A DNA stretch of 64,000 nucleotides from Clostridia bacterium (GCA_017508665.1 JAFVYL010000013.1:3544-67543); one strand, 5' to 3'. Positions 18,801 through 27,371 are shown, counted from the stretch's first letter. Translations and numbers: made by a program. The notes: generated by a model not told the origin, from the sequence alone.

Positions 18801-19519
18801 ATCCCGCTTCTCATCTTACACGTCTGCCGGGTAAGCTCTCTGTTTCAAGACTTTACCCTGAGATACTTGACGGCAGCGACGAGTTCGCCGTTAAGCTCGA
18901 CGGCAGTGAGGAAACCGAAGAAAAGCGCGGCTATCTCCCTAAGTTCCGTGCCCCAAGCGAAGCCGATCTCAGTGCGGAACGCGGCATAGCTACTCATATG
19001 CTACTCCAGTTCTGCGATCTTGACAGACTCGCAGATATAGGCGGCAGAGGAGAGCTTGCAGAGCTCAAGTCACGGGGATTCCTTTCCGAGAGAGACGCAT
19101 CACTTGTGAGAATAAAAGAGGTAGACGCCTTCGCAAAATCAAGGCTTATATCCGAGATGCGCTCATCTGAGCGGCTGTACCGTGAGTTCAGATTCAACGT
19201 CAAGCTTCCCGCGAGTGATTTCACCGCAGATCCCGAGCAGAAGGAGCTTTACCGTGACGAGCAGATACTCGTGCAGGGTGTCATAGACTGTCTGTACGTA
19301 GACGCCGACGGGGAATATCATCTCGTTGACTACAAGACCGACAGACTTACCGCAGATGAGCGAGCGGACAGAGAGCTTGCAAGAAAAAAACTCTCTGCAA
19401 AGCACGCCCTTCAGCTTTCCTATTATGCAAAAGCCGTGGAGCTCATCTTCGGCAAATATCCAAAGACTATTGAGGTATATTCGCTGCCTCTTGGCGACAC
19501 GCTCGACGTGTCAATATAA
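15884..19519 (+). CDS. addA: ATP-dependent helicase/nuclease subunit A
   Basis: VSAAAGSGKT, IDEYQD, FMVGDIKQSIYEFR, HGSKGLEYP, YVILTRARE, and C-terminal RecB-type nuclease QGVIDC..LVDYKTD..QLSYY. Confidence 0.95.
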   Translation: MADVRWTGSQLDAINTRDRTLLVSAAAGSGKTATLTERIISSVLDSENPINIEDMLIVTYTRAAVGELRERIGKAVKKALKERPDDERLARQLHMLPSAKISTIDAFCADILRANAERVGISPSFRVPDSAEAQLLGENILSGLLEAIYEGNAPEVASPKELDALTDCLAQARRQGELPKIISMIYSSTLSSLDGVGSIGALVDEFDPEKFTSVESTGFGKYIMSRLKELLAHYRKVFTDIKNEIISIDAVKYAKIIDMTDDALALISELESKENYSGVRDTLSVYEFKKAASVSKKDPLPPISAIRKSFKEEITKMGEDFFKHTEDEWKVAYEGLYRQFDVLYRLIREFDRLFRQEKIRRGICEFSDVERYTYECLWQNGEKTDVAREQARLYRAVYIDEYQDVNSLQNKIFEAISTESNRFMVGDIKQSIYEFRSANPKIFADMKKSFPPLGAKGDFPAASIFMSDNFRCDRGVIDFVNDVFDKLFYYLRDSIGYVDGDRLKFSKGNTDAPYVYPEICLVPTIPKSDPRSVLVKEQSELVPEVVARKIKELIDTGHLDSGEKIQPRHIAIIMRNVKNKGEKYARALSKLGIPAALAENERFFINSDVLLVLCLLNSIDNPHKDVYLAGLMCSPIYGFKLGDVALIRKLAPADTLYDSLVKYAEEGEDGERVRKFLDKLSYYRLISEGMPTDKLLMKLYHETGLLALSSNKKESKDNLMLLYEHARKFEGGSFKGLYNFISYINQLTGRESDFDKREAPGECDAVRIITAHGSKGLEYPIVFFAGGTSSFNQSKEAGEPPRFEYEEGFGIGMFLRTASGLALVRNSTKNIVKDYRRRKKIEEEARVLYVILTRARERLYVVGQVKSDAEAFEAECAAEREYMSEYSVYNVSSLFKMILEMKEFDTKLPSEFLQYPPLVYTDAAYDAVENTDTDTYGGECELTSAITDTEIILDGSDVAQLESELRRRFAFEYPASHLTRLPGKLSVSRLYPEILDGSDEFAVKLDGSEETEEKRGYLPKFRAPSEADLSAERGIATHMLLQFCDLDRLADIGGRGELAELKSRGFLSERDASLVRIKEVDAFAKSRLISEMRSSERLYREFRFNVKLPASDFTADPEQKELYRDEQILVQGVIDCLYVDADGEYHLVDYKTDRLTADERADRELARKKLSAKHALQLSYYAKAVELIFGKYPKTIEVYSLPLGDTLDVSI

Positions 19520-19565
19520 AAAACACCGTTAAGCCCCGACACGTGCGGAGTTTAACGGTGTTTTT
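19518..19565. terminator. Bidirectional terminator between addA and birA
   Basis: aaaaaacaccgttaa...ttaacggtgttttt inverted repeat. Confidence 0.85.
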
Positions 19566-19573
19566 ATGTTATA

Positions 19574-20362
19574 TTATCGGTTTATTTTCCTTACGGATAC
19601 CTCTCCCGTGGATAAGGTCTCCTCGCTTCCATCGGGGAGAGAAAGAATTAGCTCGCATTTTTCGTTTATATCGGTGACGTGAGCCGTATAGCTTTCGGTA
19701 GGCTTGATAACCGTGACGTCCTCTCCTATAATGAAGGAGCGCGCCTTATATTCCGCGGCGATCTCGGGAGTACCCGCCTTATCGAGATTCTCAAAGAATT
19801 CTCTGATTATCATAGCCGCGAGTGAATTTACATCTATCCTCTTGCCGCTTTCGTCCTCGAGCGTGGTCGCAATATTCTTAACGTCCATATCGAAATCCTG
19901 CTTTAAGAGATTGATACCGATGCCGACGACCGCATATTCAAGGCTTTCGCCGTCGTTTGCGGCCTTGCCCTCGGTGAGTATGCCGGCAAGCTTACGACCG
20001 CCGACGTATACGTCGTTTACCCATTTTATCTTTGCTTTCACACCTCCGAGAGCTTCTACCGTGCGAGATGCTATAACTGCCATATAGGTGGTCAGAGAGA
20101 TAGCAAAGTCGGAGGAAAAACCGTTGCCGAGCAGAATGGAGAGGTAAAGTCCCTTTCCTCTCTCGGATATGAAGCTCCTGCCGAGTCTTCCTCTTCCTGC
20201 GGTTTGCTCACTTGCTATGAATACCGCACTTTCTTGCCTGTTCTTTTCCGCATAGCTTTTTGCTTGCGTATTGGTAGAGTCGGTTGTTTTATAGACTGTA
20301 ATGGGAACTGTTTTTGATAATTTACCTATTTTGCGCCTGATCTTGATTTTACAAAGAGCCAT
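19574..20362 (-). CDS. birA: Biotin--[acetyl-CoA-carboxylase] ligase without an N-terminal HTH
   Basis: DSTN, EQTAGRGRLGR, IKWVNDV, KLAGILTE and GIGIN motifs. Confidence 0.95.
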   Translation of the reverse strand: MALCKIKIRRKIGKLSKTVPITVYKTTDSTNTQAKSYAEKNRQESAVFIASEQTAGRGRLGRSFISERGKGLYLSILLGNGFSSDFAISLTTYMAVIASRTVEALGGVKAKIKWVNDVYVGGRKLAGILTEGKAANDGESLEYAVVGIGINLLKQDFDMDVKNIATTLEDESGKRIDVNSLAAMIIREFFENLDKAGTPEIAAEYKARSFIIGEDVTVIKPTESYTAHVTDINEKCELILSLPDGSEETLSTGEVSVRKINR

Positions 20363-20375
20363 AAATCTTCCTTTT

Positions 20376-20409
20376 AAAATAGCGGCTACCGTGTGAGATA
20401 GCCGCTATT
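20376..20409 (-). terminator. Terminator downstream of ileS
   Basis: aatagcggcta/tagccgctatt stem with a T-run on the minus strand. Confidence 0.75.
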
Positions 20410-20412
20410 GAA

Positions 20413-23400
20413 TTATACCTTTTCAACCGAGATGGTTACGTTTTCTCCGTTGATGTTCCACTCCTTTGAGTGGGTGAGAGCAGCGTTTACGGAGAGCTCT
20501 GTGCCGAGAGTCTCGGACATGATCTCGTCCGCGTTTCGGGAAGCTATATCCTCAACGGTCTTGTTGCCGGTGAAGGCAATTCTGATGTTATCCATAACCT
20601 CAAAGCCGGAATCCTTACGCATGGTCTGGATCTTTGAGATGATCTCACGTACGTTACCCTCCTCGATGAGCTCGGGGGTGAGGTTCTTGTCGATAACTAC
20701 GGTCACACCGTGATCCTGGAGAGACTCAAAGCCCTCTTTCTTGGTCATCTCGATAAGGAGATCCTCTTTAGCGAGCTGAATCTCGTTGCCGTCGGAGTTG
20801 AGAGTGATGTATCCGTTTGCTTCAAGCTCGTCCATGGCGGAGTTGCCGTCGAGTGTGGAGAGAGCGTTTCTGATGAAGCCGAGGAATTTGCCGTACTTAG
20901 GACCTACGGTACGAAGCTGAGGCTTGAAGGAGTAGGTGGTAAACTCGCGTACGTTGTCGGTGAATTCCACTTCCTTAAGGTTGAGCTCCTCTTTGATTAC
21001 GGGTACGAAGCTCTCGTCGGGAACTTTATCGGTCTTGACGTACATCTTGCCGACGGGCTGACGGTTCTTGATCGCTGCCGCGTTTCTGCAGGCTCTGCCG
21101 AGCACGACGATATCCATTACCTCCTCCATATTTTCCTCAAGAGATTTGTCTATCATAGACTCGTCTGCCTCGGGGAAGGAGCAGAGATGGATTGACACGG
21201 GTGCGGACTTGTCAACAGATCCTACGAGGTTTCTGTAGATATCCTCGGTCATGAAGGGAATCATGGGAGCGGAAACCTTAGCTATGGTTACAAGGCAGTT
21301 GTAGAGGGTGAGGTATGCATTAACCTTATCCTCGGGCATATCCTTTACCCAGAATCTCTCACGGCTGCGGCGTACGTACCAGTTGGAGAGCTGATCTACG
21401 AAGTCCTCAAGCACTCTTGTTGCCTCGGTGATCTTGTAGTTTGCGAGCATATCGTCTACGGATTTAACCGCGGAATTGAGCTTTGAAAGAATCCACTTAT
21501 CCATAACGGAGAGAGAGTTCTTGTTGAGGGTGTGCTTTGTGGGATCGAAGCCGTCGATATTAGCATACAAAGCATAGAACGCATAGGTGTTCCAAAGAGT
21601 GCCCATAAACTTTCTCTGTCCCTCGACTACGGCTTCTCCGAAGAATCTGTTGGGAAGCCAGGGCGCAGAGTTGGAGTAGAAGTACCAACGGATAGCGTCT
21701 GCTCCGTATGTCTCGAGAGCCTCGAAGGGATCTACCGCGTTACCCTTGGACTTGGACATCTTCTGTCCCTCTTTATCAAGCACGTGTCCGAGAACGAGGA
21801 CGTTCTTATAGGGAGCGCAGTCGAAGATAAGAGTGGAGATGGCCATAAGAGAGTAGAACCAGCCTCGTGTCTGGTCGACACCCTCGCTGATGAAGTCTGC
21901 GGGGAACTGAGAATGGAAGATCTCCTTGTTTTCGAAGGGGTAGTGCCACTGAGCGAAGGGCATAGAGCCCGAGTCAAACCAACAGTCGATAACCTCGCTG
22001 ACACGCTTCATCTCGCCGCCGCACTCGGGACAGGTGATAGTAACCGCATCAATGAAGGGACGGTGGAGCTCAATGTTCTCGGGGCAATTTTTGGACATGC
22101 TCTTAAGCTCTGCGATAGAGCCGATGGAGTGACGGTGTCCGCAGGAGCATTCCCAAATGTTGAGGGGTGTACCCCAATATCTGTTACGGGAAAGTCCCCA
22201 GTCCTGTACGTTTTCGAGCCAGTCGCCGAAGCGTCCCTTACCGATATTTTCGGGAATCCAATTTACTGTATTGTTGTTTTTGATGAGGTTGTCGCGGATA
22301 GCGGTCATTCTGATAAACCAGGTGTCGCGAGCGTAGTAGATGAGGGGCGTGTTACATCTCCAGCAGTGAGGATAATCGTGCTCGAACTTGGGAGCGGAGA
22401 AGAGCTTGCCCATCTTTGCGAGGTCCTCAAGGATGATGGGGTCTGCCTTCTTAACGAATATGCCGGCGTAGGGAGTGTTGGCGGTGAGCTCACCCTTGCC
22501 GTCTACGAACTGTACGAAGGGGAGATCGTACTTTCTGCCGACCTTGGAGTCGTCCTCACCGAATGCGGGAGCTATGTGAACGATACCCGTACCGTCGGAC
22601 ATCGTTACGTAATCGTCGCATACGATATAGTGTGCCTTAGCCTTCTGACGTGTTACCTCATCAGCGGTGAAGTCAAAGAGCGGAACATATTCACGTCTCT
22701 CGAGATCTGCACCGGTCATCTTTTCGATCACGGTGTAAGCTACTTCACCCTCTTCCTTTGCGAGAGGAGAGAGTACCTTGTCGAGGAGAGCCTCTGCCAT
22801 ATAGTAGGTGTTACCGTCGATGCAGGAAACCTTGCAGTAGGTGTCCTTGGGGTTAACGCAAAGCGCTACGTTTGAGGGGAGTGTCCATGGGGTAGTCGTC
22901 CATGCGAGATAGTATGCATCCTCGTCAGCGCACTTGAAGCGCGCGATAGCGGACTTTTCCTTTACGGTCTTGTATCCCTGAGCAACCTCGTGGCTGGAGA
23001 GGGGAGTGCCGCAGCGAGGACAGTAGGGAACGATCTTGAAGCCCTTGTAGAGAAGCCCCTTGTTCCATATCTCCTTGAGCGCCCACCACTCGGATTCTAT
23101 AAAGTCGTTGGTGTAGGTAACGTAGGGGTGCTCCATATCAGCCCAGAAGCCGACAGTACCGGAGAAGTCCTCCCACATTTCCTTGTACTTCCATACGGAC
23201 TCCTTGCAGTGTCCGATGAAGGGCTCGAGGCCGTAAGCCTCGATCTGATCCTTACCGTCAATGCCGAGCTTCTTTTCAACCTCAAGCTCAACGGGCAGAC
23301 CGTGTGTGTCCCAACCTGCCTTACGAAGAACGCGGCGGCCCTTCATAGTCTGGTAACGGGGAACCATATCCTTGATTACTCTTGTGAGAACGTGGCCGAT

Positions 23401-23571
23401 GTGAGGCTTGCCGTTTGCGGTAGGCGGGCCGTCAAAGAACGTGTAGTTGTCACATCCTTCTCTCTCGGCAATGCTTTTCTCGAAGACGTTGTTTTTCTCC
23501 CAGAATGTTCTGGTAGCCTTTTCTCTCTCGACAAAGTTAAGGTTTGTCGAGACCTTCTCGTAAATCTCCAT
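20413..23571 (-). CDS. ileS: Isoleucine--tRNA ligase, type 2-like
   Basis: DGPPTANGKPHIGH, GWDTHGLP, WTTTPWTLP, GTGIVHIAPAFGEDD, MPFAQWHYPFEN and KMSKS motifs; ATG 23571 follows an aaaggag RBS; upstream Ile T-box. Confidence 0.97.
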   Translation of the reverse strand: MEIYEKVSTNLNFVEREKATRTFWEKNNVFEKSIAEREGCDNYTFFDGPPTANGKPHIGHVLTRVIKDMVPRYQTMKGRRVLRKAGWDTHGLPVELEVEKKLGIDGKDQIEAYGLEPFIGHCKESVWKYKEMWEDFSGTVGFWADMEHPYVTYTNDFIESEWWALKEIWNKGLLYKGFKIVPYCPRCGTPLSSHEVAQGYKTVKEKSAIARFKCADEDAYYLAWTTTPWTLPSNVALCVNPKDTYCKVSCIDGNTYYMAEALLDKVLSPLAKEEGEVAYTVIEKMTGADLERREYVPLFDFTADEVTRQKAKAHYIVCDDYVTMSDGTGIVHIAPAFGEDDSKVGRKYDLPFVQFVDGKGELTANTPYAGIFVKKADPIILEDLAKMGKLFSAPKFEHDYPHCWRCNTPLIYYARDTWFIRMTAIRDNLIKNNNTVNWIPENIGKGRFGDWLENVQDWGLSRNRYWGTPLNIWECSCGHRHSIGSIAELKSMSKNCPENIELHRPFIDAVTITCPECGGEMKRVSEVIDCWFDSGSMPFAQWHYPFENKEIFHSQFPADFISEGVDQTRGWFYSLMAISTLIFDCAPYKNVLVLGHVLDKEGQKMSKSKGNAVDPFEALETYGADAIRWYFYSNSAPWLPNRFFGEAVVEGQRKFMGTLWNTYAFYALYANIDGFDPTKHTLNKNSLSVMDKWILSKLNSAVKSVDDMLANYKITEATRVLEDFVDQLSNWYVRRSRERFWVKDMPEDKVNAYLTLYNCLVTIAKVSAPMIPFMTEDIYRNLVGSVDKSAPVSIHLCSFPEADESMIDKSLEENMEEVMDIVVLGRACRNAAAIKNRQPVGKMYVKTDKVPDESFVPVIKEELNLKEVEFTDNVREFTTYSFKPQLRTVGPKYGKFLGFIRNALSTLDGNSAMDELEANGYITLNSDGNEIQLAKEDLLIEMTKKEGFESLQDHGVTVVIDKNLTPELIEEGNVREIISKIQTMRKDSGFEVMDNIRIAFTGNKTVEDIASRNADEIMSETLGTELSVNAALTHSKEWNINGENVTISVEKV

Positions 23572-23638
23572 TTTGATTTCTCCTTTCGGGCATAGCCCGT
23601 GTATCTTAATAAAATAATAACCTATAAATAATAGTCTA

Positions 23639-23748
23639 TTAGCCCCCCTTGTCTCGCTTGCGAGCTCGGTCACCTCGGGATCTGACAGTCTATCTGACTG
23701 TCATTCAACACCCTCGGTTTCGCTTCGCTACCCGCAGGAGAAGGCTAA
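23639..23748. repeat. Nested palindromic ~110 bp element (REP/MITE-like) in the ileS leader
   Basis: Terminal ttagcc/ggctaa inverted repeat; internal hairpins ctcgc-tt-gcgag and tgacagtc-tatct-gactgtca. Confidence 0.6.
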
Positions 23749-23749
23749 C

Positions 23750-23990
23750 AAAAAAACCGCTCCCAATATGGAAACGGAAAAAACACTTATACCATCCATT
23801 CACATATCCACCAATATGCGCCCAAGATTACGGCAGGGCCCCGTCGCTCATTACTTGCTTATTAGGATAAGCTTTCACAGGCGCGACTCGGAAGTGATAT
23901 TCACACAGCGCATACTCCGTATCGGGCTTCCACCTACCCCGACTCTCTGTACCTTTTCCGCGCGGCTACTGTCTTCGTCACAGTCTTTAG
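23750..23990 (-). ncRNA. T-box riboswitch with Ile (AUC) specifier
   Basis: On the minus strand: AGAGAG box, GGUGGAA loop, specifier GAAU-AUC-ACU at 23898-23896, AGUA and GCCGUAA stem II motifs, T-box AAUGGAUGGUAUAAGUG, terminator ccgtttccatattgggagcgg plus T-run. Confidence 0.9.
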
Positions 23991-24005
23991 ATTTTTTACA
24001 CATAG

Positions 24006-24034
24006 ATTTTACTACAAGATTACAAAAATGTCAA
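24006..24034 (-). promoter_or_regulatory. sigmaA-type promoter for the T-box/ileS transcript
   Basis: TTGACA-17 bp-TAAAAT on the minus strand. Confidence 0.8.
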
Positions 24035-24073
24035 TAGTTTTATTAAATTAAAAATAAGAGTTATAAGTTGTGA

Positions 24074-24103
24074 TTGACAATTACCTGAGATTTGTGATAA
24101 AAT
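24074..24103 (+). promoter_or_regulatory. sigmaA-type promoter for the PAP2 gene
   Basis: TTGACA-18 bp-TAAAAT with TG extension. Confidence 0.7.
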
Positions 24104-24114
24104 AAGAAAGTAAA

Positions 24115-24645
24115 GTGAAAGAGAGGTGCTGTGCGGTGATTTCCGAGAAAAGATCAATTAATATGTATCGGCGTGTATACTCCGTGCCCGGCTTTGTGAC
24201 TGCTTTGCGGATCTTCGATGCTCTGTCGGTCTTCTTTGTGGCAGGCGTTTTCGTATACGGTATCGCGGTGCTTCTTTATTCCGGAATGTATCTGTACGCC
24301 TTGAAGCTTTCGATCATGGCGGCTGTGCCGTTTGTTATACTTTCCGTTTTGAGAGTCTTGATCGATTCGCAAAGGCCGTATGAGGTCTTTGACATTCAGG
24401 AGTTTTCCGAGTTAAGAGAGAAGAAAAAGAGCGGCAGATCCTTCCCGTCAAGACACGTTTTCTCTGCCTTTCTGATAGGCGTTCTGTGGATTCCTTACGC
24501 TCTCCCCTTTGGAATTGCTGCGATACTCCTCGGCGTACTTATGGCTGCGGAGCGAGTGGCAAGAGGTATTCATTTTATACAAGATGTCCTTGTCGGCGCG
24601 GTAATAGGAATACTATCCGGAGTTATCGGAATACTGATTTTGTAA
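24115..24645 (+). CDS. PAP2 family membrane phosphatase
   Basis: RP, SFPSRH and ERVARGIHFIQD motifs with TM segments; start uncertain. Confidence 0.85.
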   Translation: MKERCCAVISEKRSINMYRRVYSVPGFVTALRIFDALSVFFVAGVFVYGIAVLLYSGMYLYALKLSIMAAVPFVILSVLRVLIDSQRPYEVFDIQEFSELREKKKSGRSFPSRHVFSAFLIGVLWIPYALPFGIAAILLGVLMAAERVARGIHFIQDVLVGAVIGILSGVIGILIL

Positions 24646-24710
24646 ACAATAATTGTCAAATACAACTTTAAAATATAAAAAATGCCCCTTTGGGCTGAAT
24701 GGAGAAATAT

Positions 24711-25391
24711 ATGAAGGTAACTTGGTTAACGCAAGCGGGCTTGCTTTTTGAAAATGAGAGGATCACGGTTTTGGTCGATCCCTATCTCTCGGATTCGTCT
24801 GAGGCTGACGGTAAGAGAAGAATAGACGCAGACGAGTCGTTCTTCGACGTAACACCCGACGTTATTCTTATAACACACTCTCATCCTTATCATCTTGACA
24901 AGGCTACTCTTGACAGATTCCTCACCCGCGGAGGCAAAGAGGTGACCGTTCTTGCCGGCGGCGCGGCATACAAGAAGCTCCGCTCCTTCGGCTACTCTCA
25001 CAACATAGTTCTTCTCACTCCCCATACCGTATGGAGCGAGTGCGGTGTAACCTTCTATTCGGTAAAGGCTGAGCATAGCGAAAGAGATGCGGTAGGCTTT
25101 ATCCTTGATGACGGCGAAAAGACCTATTACGTCAGCGGAGATACTCTTTACAACTTTGAGGTTATCGACGATTGTCTTGATCTTGTAGAGGATGGCGTTG
25201 ACTACGCTTTCCTTCCCATCAACGGCAGAGGAAATAACATGAACGCCAAGGATGCGGCTGACTTTGCCTACGAGATAGGCGCAAAGTGTGCGATACCCGT
25301 GCATTACGGGCTTTTTGACGAGGTTGACCCTGATGATTTTGATTTCGATGACCGTATGATCATTGATCCTTACCGTACAGTTGAATTATAA
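24711..25391 (+). CDS. MBL-fold metallo-hydrolase (UlaG-like)
   Basis: VTWLTQAG, VDPYLS, THSHPYH, SGDT, LPING..NM and IPVHYG motifs; ATG 24711 follows ggag. Confidence 0.85.
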   Translation: MKVTWLTQAGLLFENERITVLVDPYLSDSSEADGKRRIDADESFFDVTPDVILITHSHPYHLDKATLDRFLTRGGKEVTVLAGGAAYKKLRSFGYSHNIVLLTPHTVWSECGVTFYSVKAEHSERDAVGFILDDGEKTYYVSGDTLYNFEVIDDCLDLVEDGVDYAFLPINGRGNNMNAKDAADFAYEIGAKCAIPVHYGLFDEVDPDDFDFDDRMIIDPYRTVEL

Positions 25392-25438
25392 TCCGATATT
25401 AAACTAATAAAATTCAGAAAAAGCAAGAAAATAAGGAT

Positions 25439-25936
25439 ATGTATAAGTATCTTTTGTATTTTCTTGTTTTTTCTTTTCTCGGCTGGTGCGCCGAGGTCAT
25501 CTTTTATATTTTCAAGACGGGCAGATTTGTAAACCGAGGACTTGCGAGAGGCCCGCTTTGTCCTATTTACGGTGTTGGAATATGTCTTTCGTATCTTCTG
25601 CTCGGTTCACTCGAGAGCTTCATTCTGACTGCGATTTTATCAATGGCAGTGGCTACGATCGTTGAGTTCTCCGTAGGCTTTTTGGTAGACAGGGCGCTCA
25701 GGCGCAGACTGTGGGATTACACGTCCGAAAGAGGAAATATACTCGGCTACGTATGTCCTCGTTTTTCCATTCTGTGGGGTGTAATATGCGCCGCGATAAT
25801 AAGGATCATACCGATGCTCGACCCGGTGATACAGAGGATGGCGACACCCTTTGGATATGCGCTCACCTTTGTACTCCTTGTGCTGTCATTTGCAGATATC
25901 AGCATACAAGCATCTAAAGGTAAATCCGGTATATGA
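25439..25936 (+). CDS. Membrane protein of the putative ABC transporter permease (CmpB/DUF1113-like) family
   Basis: SFLGWCAEV, FVNRG..GPLCPIYGVG and LWDY..NI.GYVC..FS..WG motifs. Confidence 0.8.
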   Translation: MYKYLLYFLVFSFLGWCAEVIFYIFKTGRFVNRGLARGPLCPIYGVGICLSYLLLGSLESFILTAILSMAVATIVEFSVGFLVDRALRRRLWDYTSERGNILGYVCPRFSILWGVICAAIIRIIPMLDPVIQRMATPFGYALTFVLLVLSFADISIQASKGKSGI

Positions 25937-25973
25937 AATACAATTTAAGCTGAATTTGAATACTATTATTTAC

Positions 25974-26016
25974 AAAAAAGAGCTAAAACCGAGATATCTC
26001 AAGCTTTAGCTCTTTA
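25974..26016. terminator. Bidirectional terminator downstream of trpS
   Basis: aaagagctaaa...tttagctcttt inverted repeat. Confidence 0.75.
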
Positions 26017-26030
26017 TATTTTTCACCAAC

Positions 26031-27029
26031 TTAGTTTACAAAGCCGATCTTTCTTCTCACCTTAGACATAGTACGTCTTGCATATCCGTATGCTTCCTCA
26101 GCGCCTGCCTTCATGACAGCCTCGAGGTGTGACTTGTCAGCTATGAGTCTTGCAAACTCCTCGCGCACGTCCTTGAGTCCGTCAGCACATGCCTCGCCGA
26201 CAGCCATCTTGAAGTCACCGTAGCCCTTGCCGTCGAACTCACGCTCGATCTCATCAAAGGACTTGCCCGAGAAGGCACGGTAAATGGTCATAAGGTTTGA
26301 TACGCCGGGCTTATCCTCGGAGTAGCGTACACAGGTATCCGAGTCGGTCACCGCTCTCTTGAACTTACGCATAATGTCATCCTTGCTGTCGAGAATGTAG
26401 ACTATAGCGTTCTCATTCGGATCAGACTTTGACATCTTTGCCGTGGGCTCTTGGAGAGACATTATCTTCATCGTATCCTGAGGAATGTATCCCTCGGGTA
26501 TCTTGAAGGTATCTGAATAAAGAAGGTTGAATCTTGATGCGACGTCGCGCGCAAGCTCGAGATGCTGCTTCTGGTCGATGCCTACGGGGACGATATCGGT
26601 CTGATAGAGAAGAATATCTGCCGCCATCAGAGCAGGGTAGGTGAACAGACCTGCATTTATATTCTGAGCGTTCTTTGCGCTCTTGTCCTTGAACTGAGTC
26701 ATTCTCGAGAGCTCACCGAACATGGTGTAGCAGTCGAGTATCCAGCCGAGCTCCGCGTGCTGGGGCACGTGCGACTGGACGAAGAGGGTATTTTTCTGAG
26801 GATCGAGTCCGCAAGCCATATAGAGAGCAAGAGTTTCATACGTCCTCTTGCGAAGCTCTGCGGGTACTTGTCTTACCGTTATCGCGTGAAGGTCGACAAC
26901 GCAGTAGAAGGTTTTATATTCCTCGGAGAAGCGCGAAAAATTCTTGATCGCTCCGAGATAATTTCCTATTGTGAGATTGCCCGAGGGCTGAACTCCCGAG
27001 AAGACTATTTTCTTATCGTTTTCTGCCAT
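26031..27029 (-). CDS. trpS: Tryptophan--tRNA ligase
   Basis: SGVQPSG..TIGNYLGA, VDLHAIT, YPALMAADILLY, VPVGIDQKQHLE and KMSKS motifs; ATG 27029 follows aaggag. Confidence 0.97.
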   Translation of the reverse strand: MAENDKKIVFSGVQPSGNLTIGNYLGAIKNFSRFSEEYKTFYCVVDLHAITVRQVPAELRKRTYETLALYMACGLDPQKNTLFVQSHVPQHAELGWILDCYTMFGELSRMTQFKDKSAKNAQNINAGLFTYPALMAADILLYQTDIVPVGIDQKQHLELARDVASRFNLLYSDTFKIPEGYIPQDTMKIMSLQEPTAKMSKSDPNENAIVYILDSKDDIMRKFKRAVTDSDTCVRYSEDKPGVSNLMTIYRAFSGKSFDEIEREFDGKGYGDFKMAVGEACADGLKDVREEFARLIADKSHLEAVMKAGAEEAYGYARRTMSKVRRKIGFVN

Positions 27030-27080
27030 TTTTGTATTCTCCTTGAGTCGGAAGCCTCCGACCGTGATAAATATAACAAG

Positions 27081-27109
27081 ATTATACAACCCTTTGGCAA
27101 TTTTGTCAA
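27081..27109 (-). promoter_or_regulatory. Consensus sigmaA promoter for trpS
   Basis: TTGACA-17 bp-TATAAT on the minus strand. Confidence 0.85.
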
Positions 27110-27218
27110 GCGGAGAATTGAAAGATAAGGCATATTTTACTTTTTACATACGCAAAAATATCCAAAACTTACTTTTTATGGCTCGGTAAACAAAAATATT
27201 TACATATAACCCTGCGCA

Positions 27219-27273
27219 TATTAATACTTTTGCATATTTTATTAATACTTTGTTCATAAATGTATGGTATAAT
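27219..27273 (+). promoter_or_regulatory. Extended -10 promoter with two 12 bp direct repeats upstream of the ABC operon
   Basis: tattaatacttt at 27219 and 27240; TGGTATAAT at 27265-27273. Confidence 0.55.
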
Positions 27274-27371
27274 ACTGAATTGACTAAAAATCCGGACAAG
27301 TCGGCTGACGAGAACGGAAAAGCACACATATATCAGCGAAAGGAAGTCGGATTTTCCGACGAAAAAGTACA

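Noticed and set aside
21532-22875. 447 aa ORF antisense to ileS (also the antisense ORFs at 54285-55421, 51096-52286 and 32806-33750)
   Set aside because: Same codon-bias shadow effect; each overlaps a well-supported gene on the other strand
20413-23571. Acquired mupirocin-resistance gene
   Set aside because: Type 2 IleRS is common as the housekeeping enzyme in Clostridia; it has native codon usage, a T-box and no mobile context
23572-23673. N-terminal extension of IleS in the ORF track
   Set aside because: Runs through the leader and palindromic element; a good RBS precedes ATG 23571
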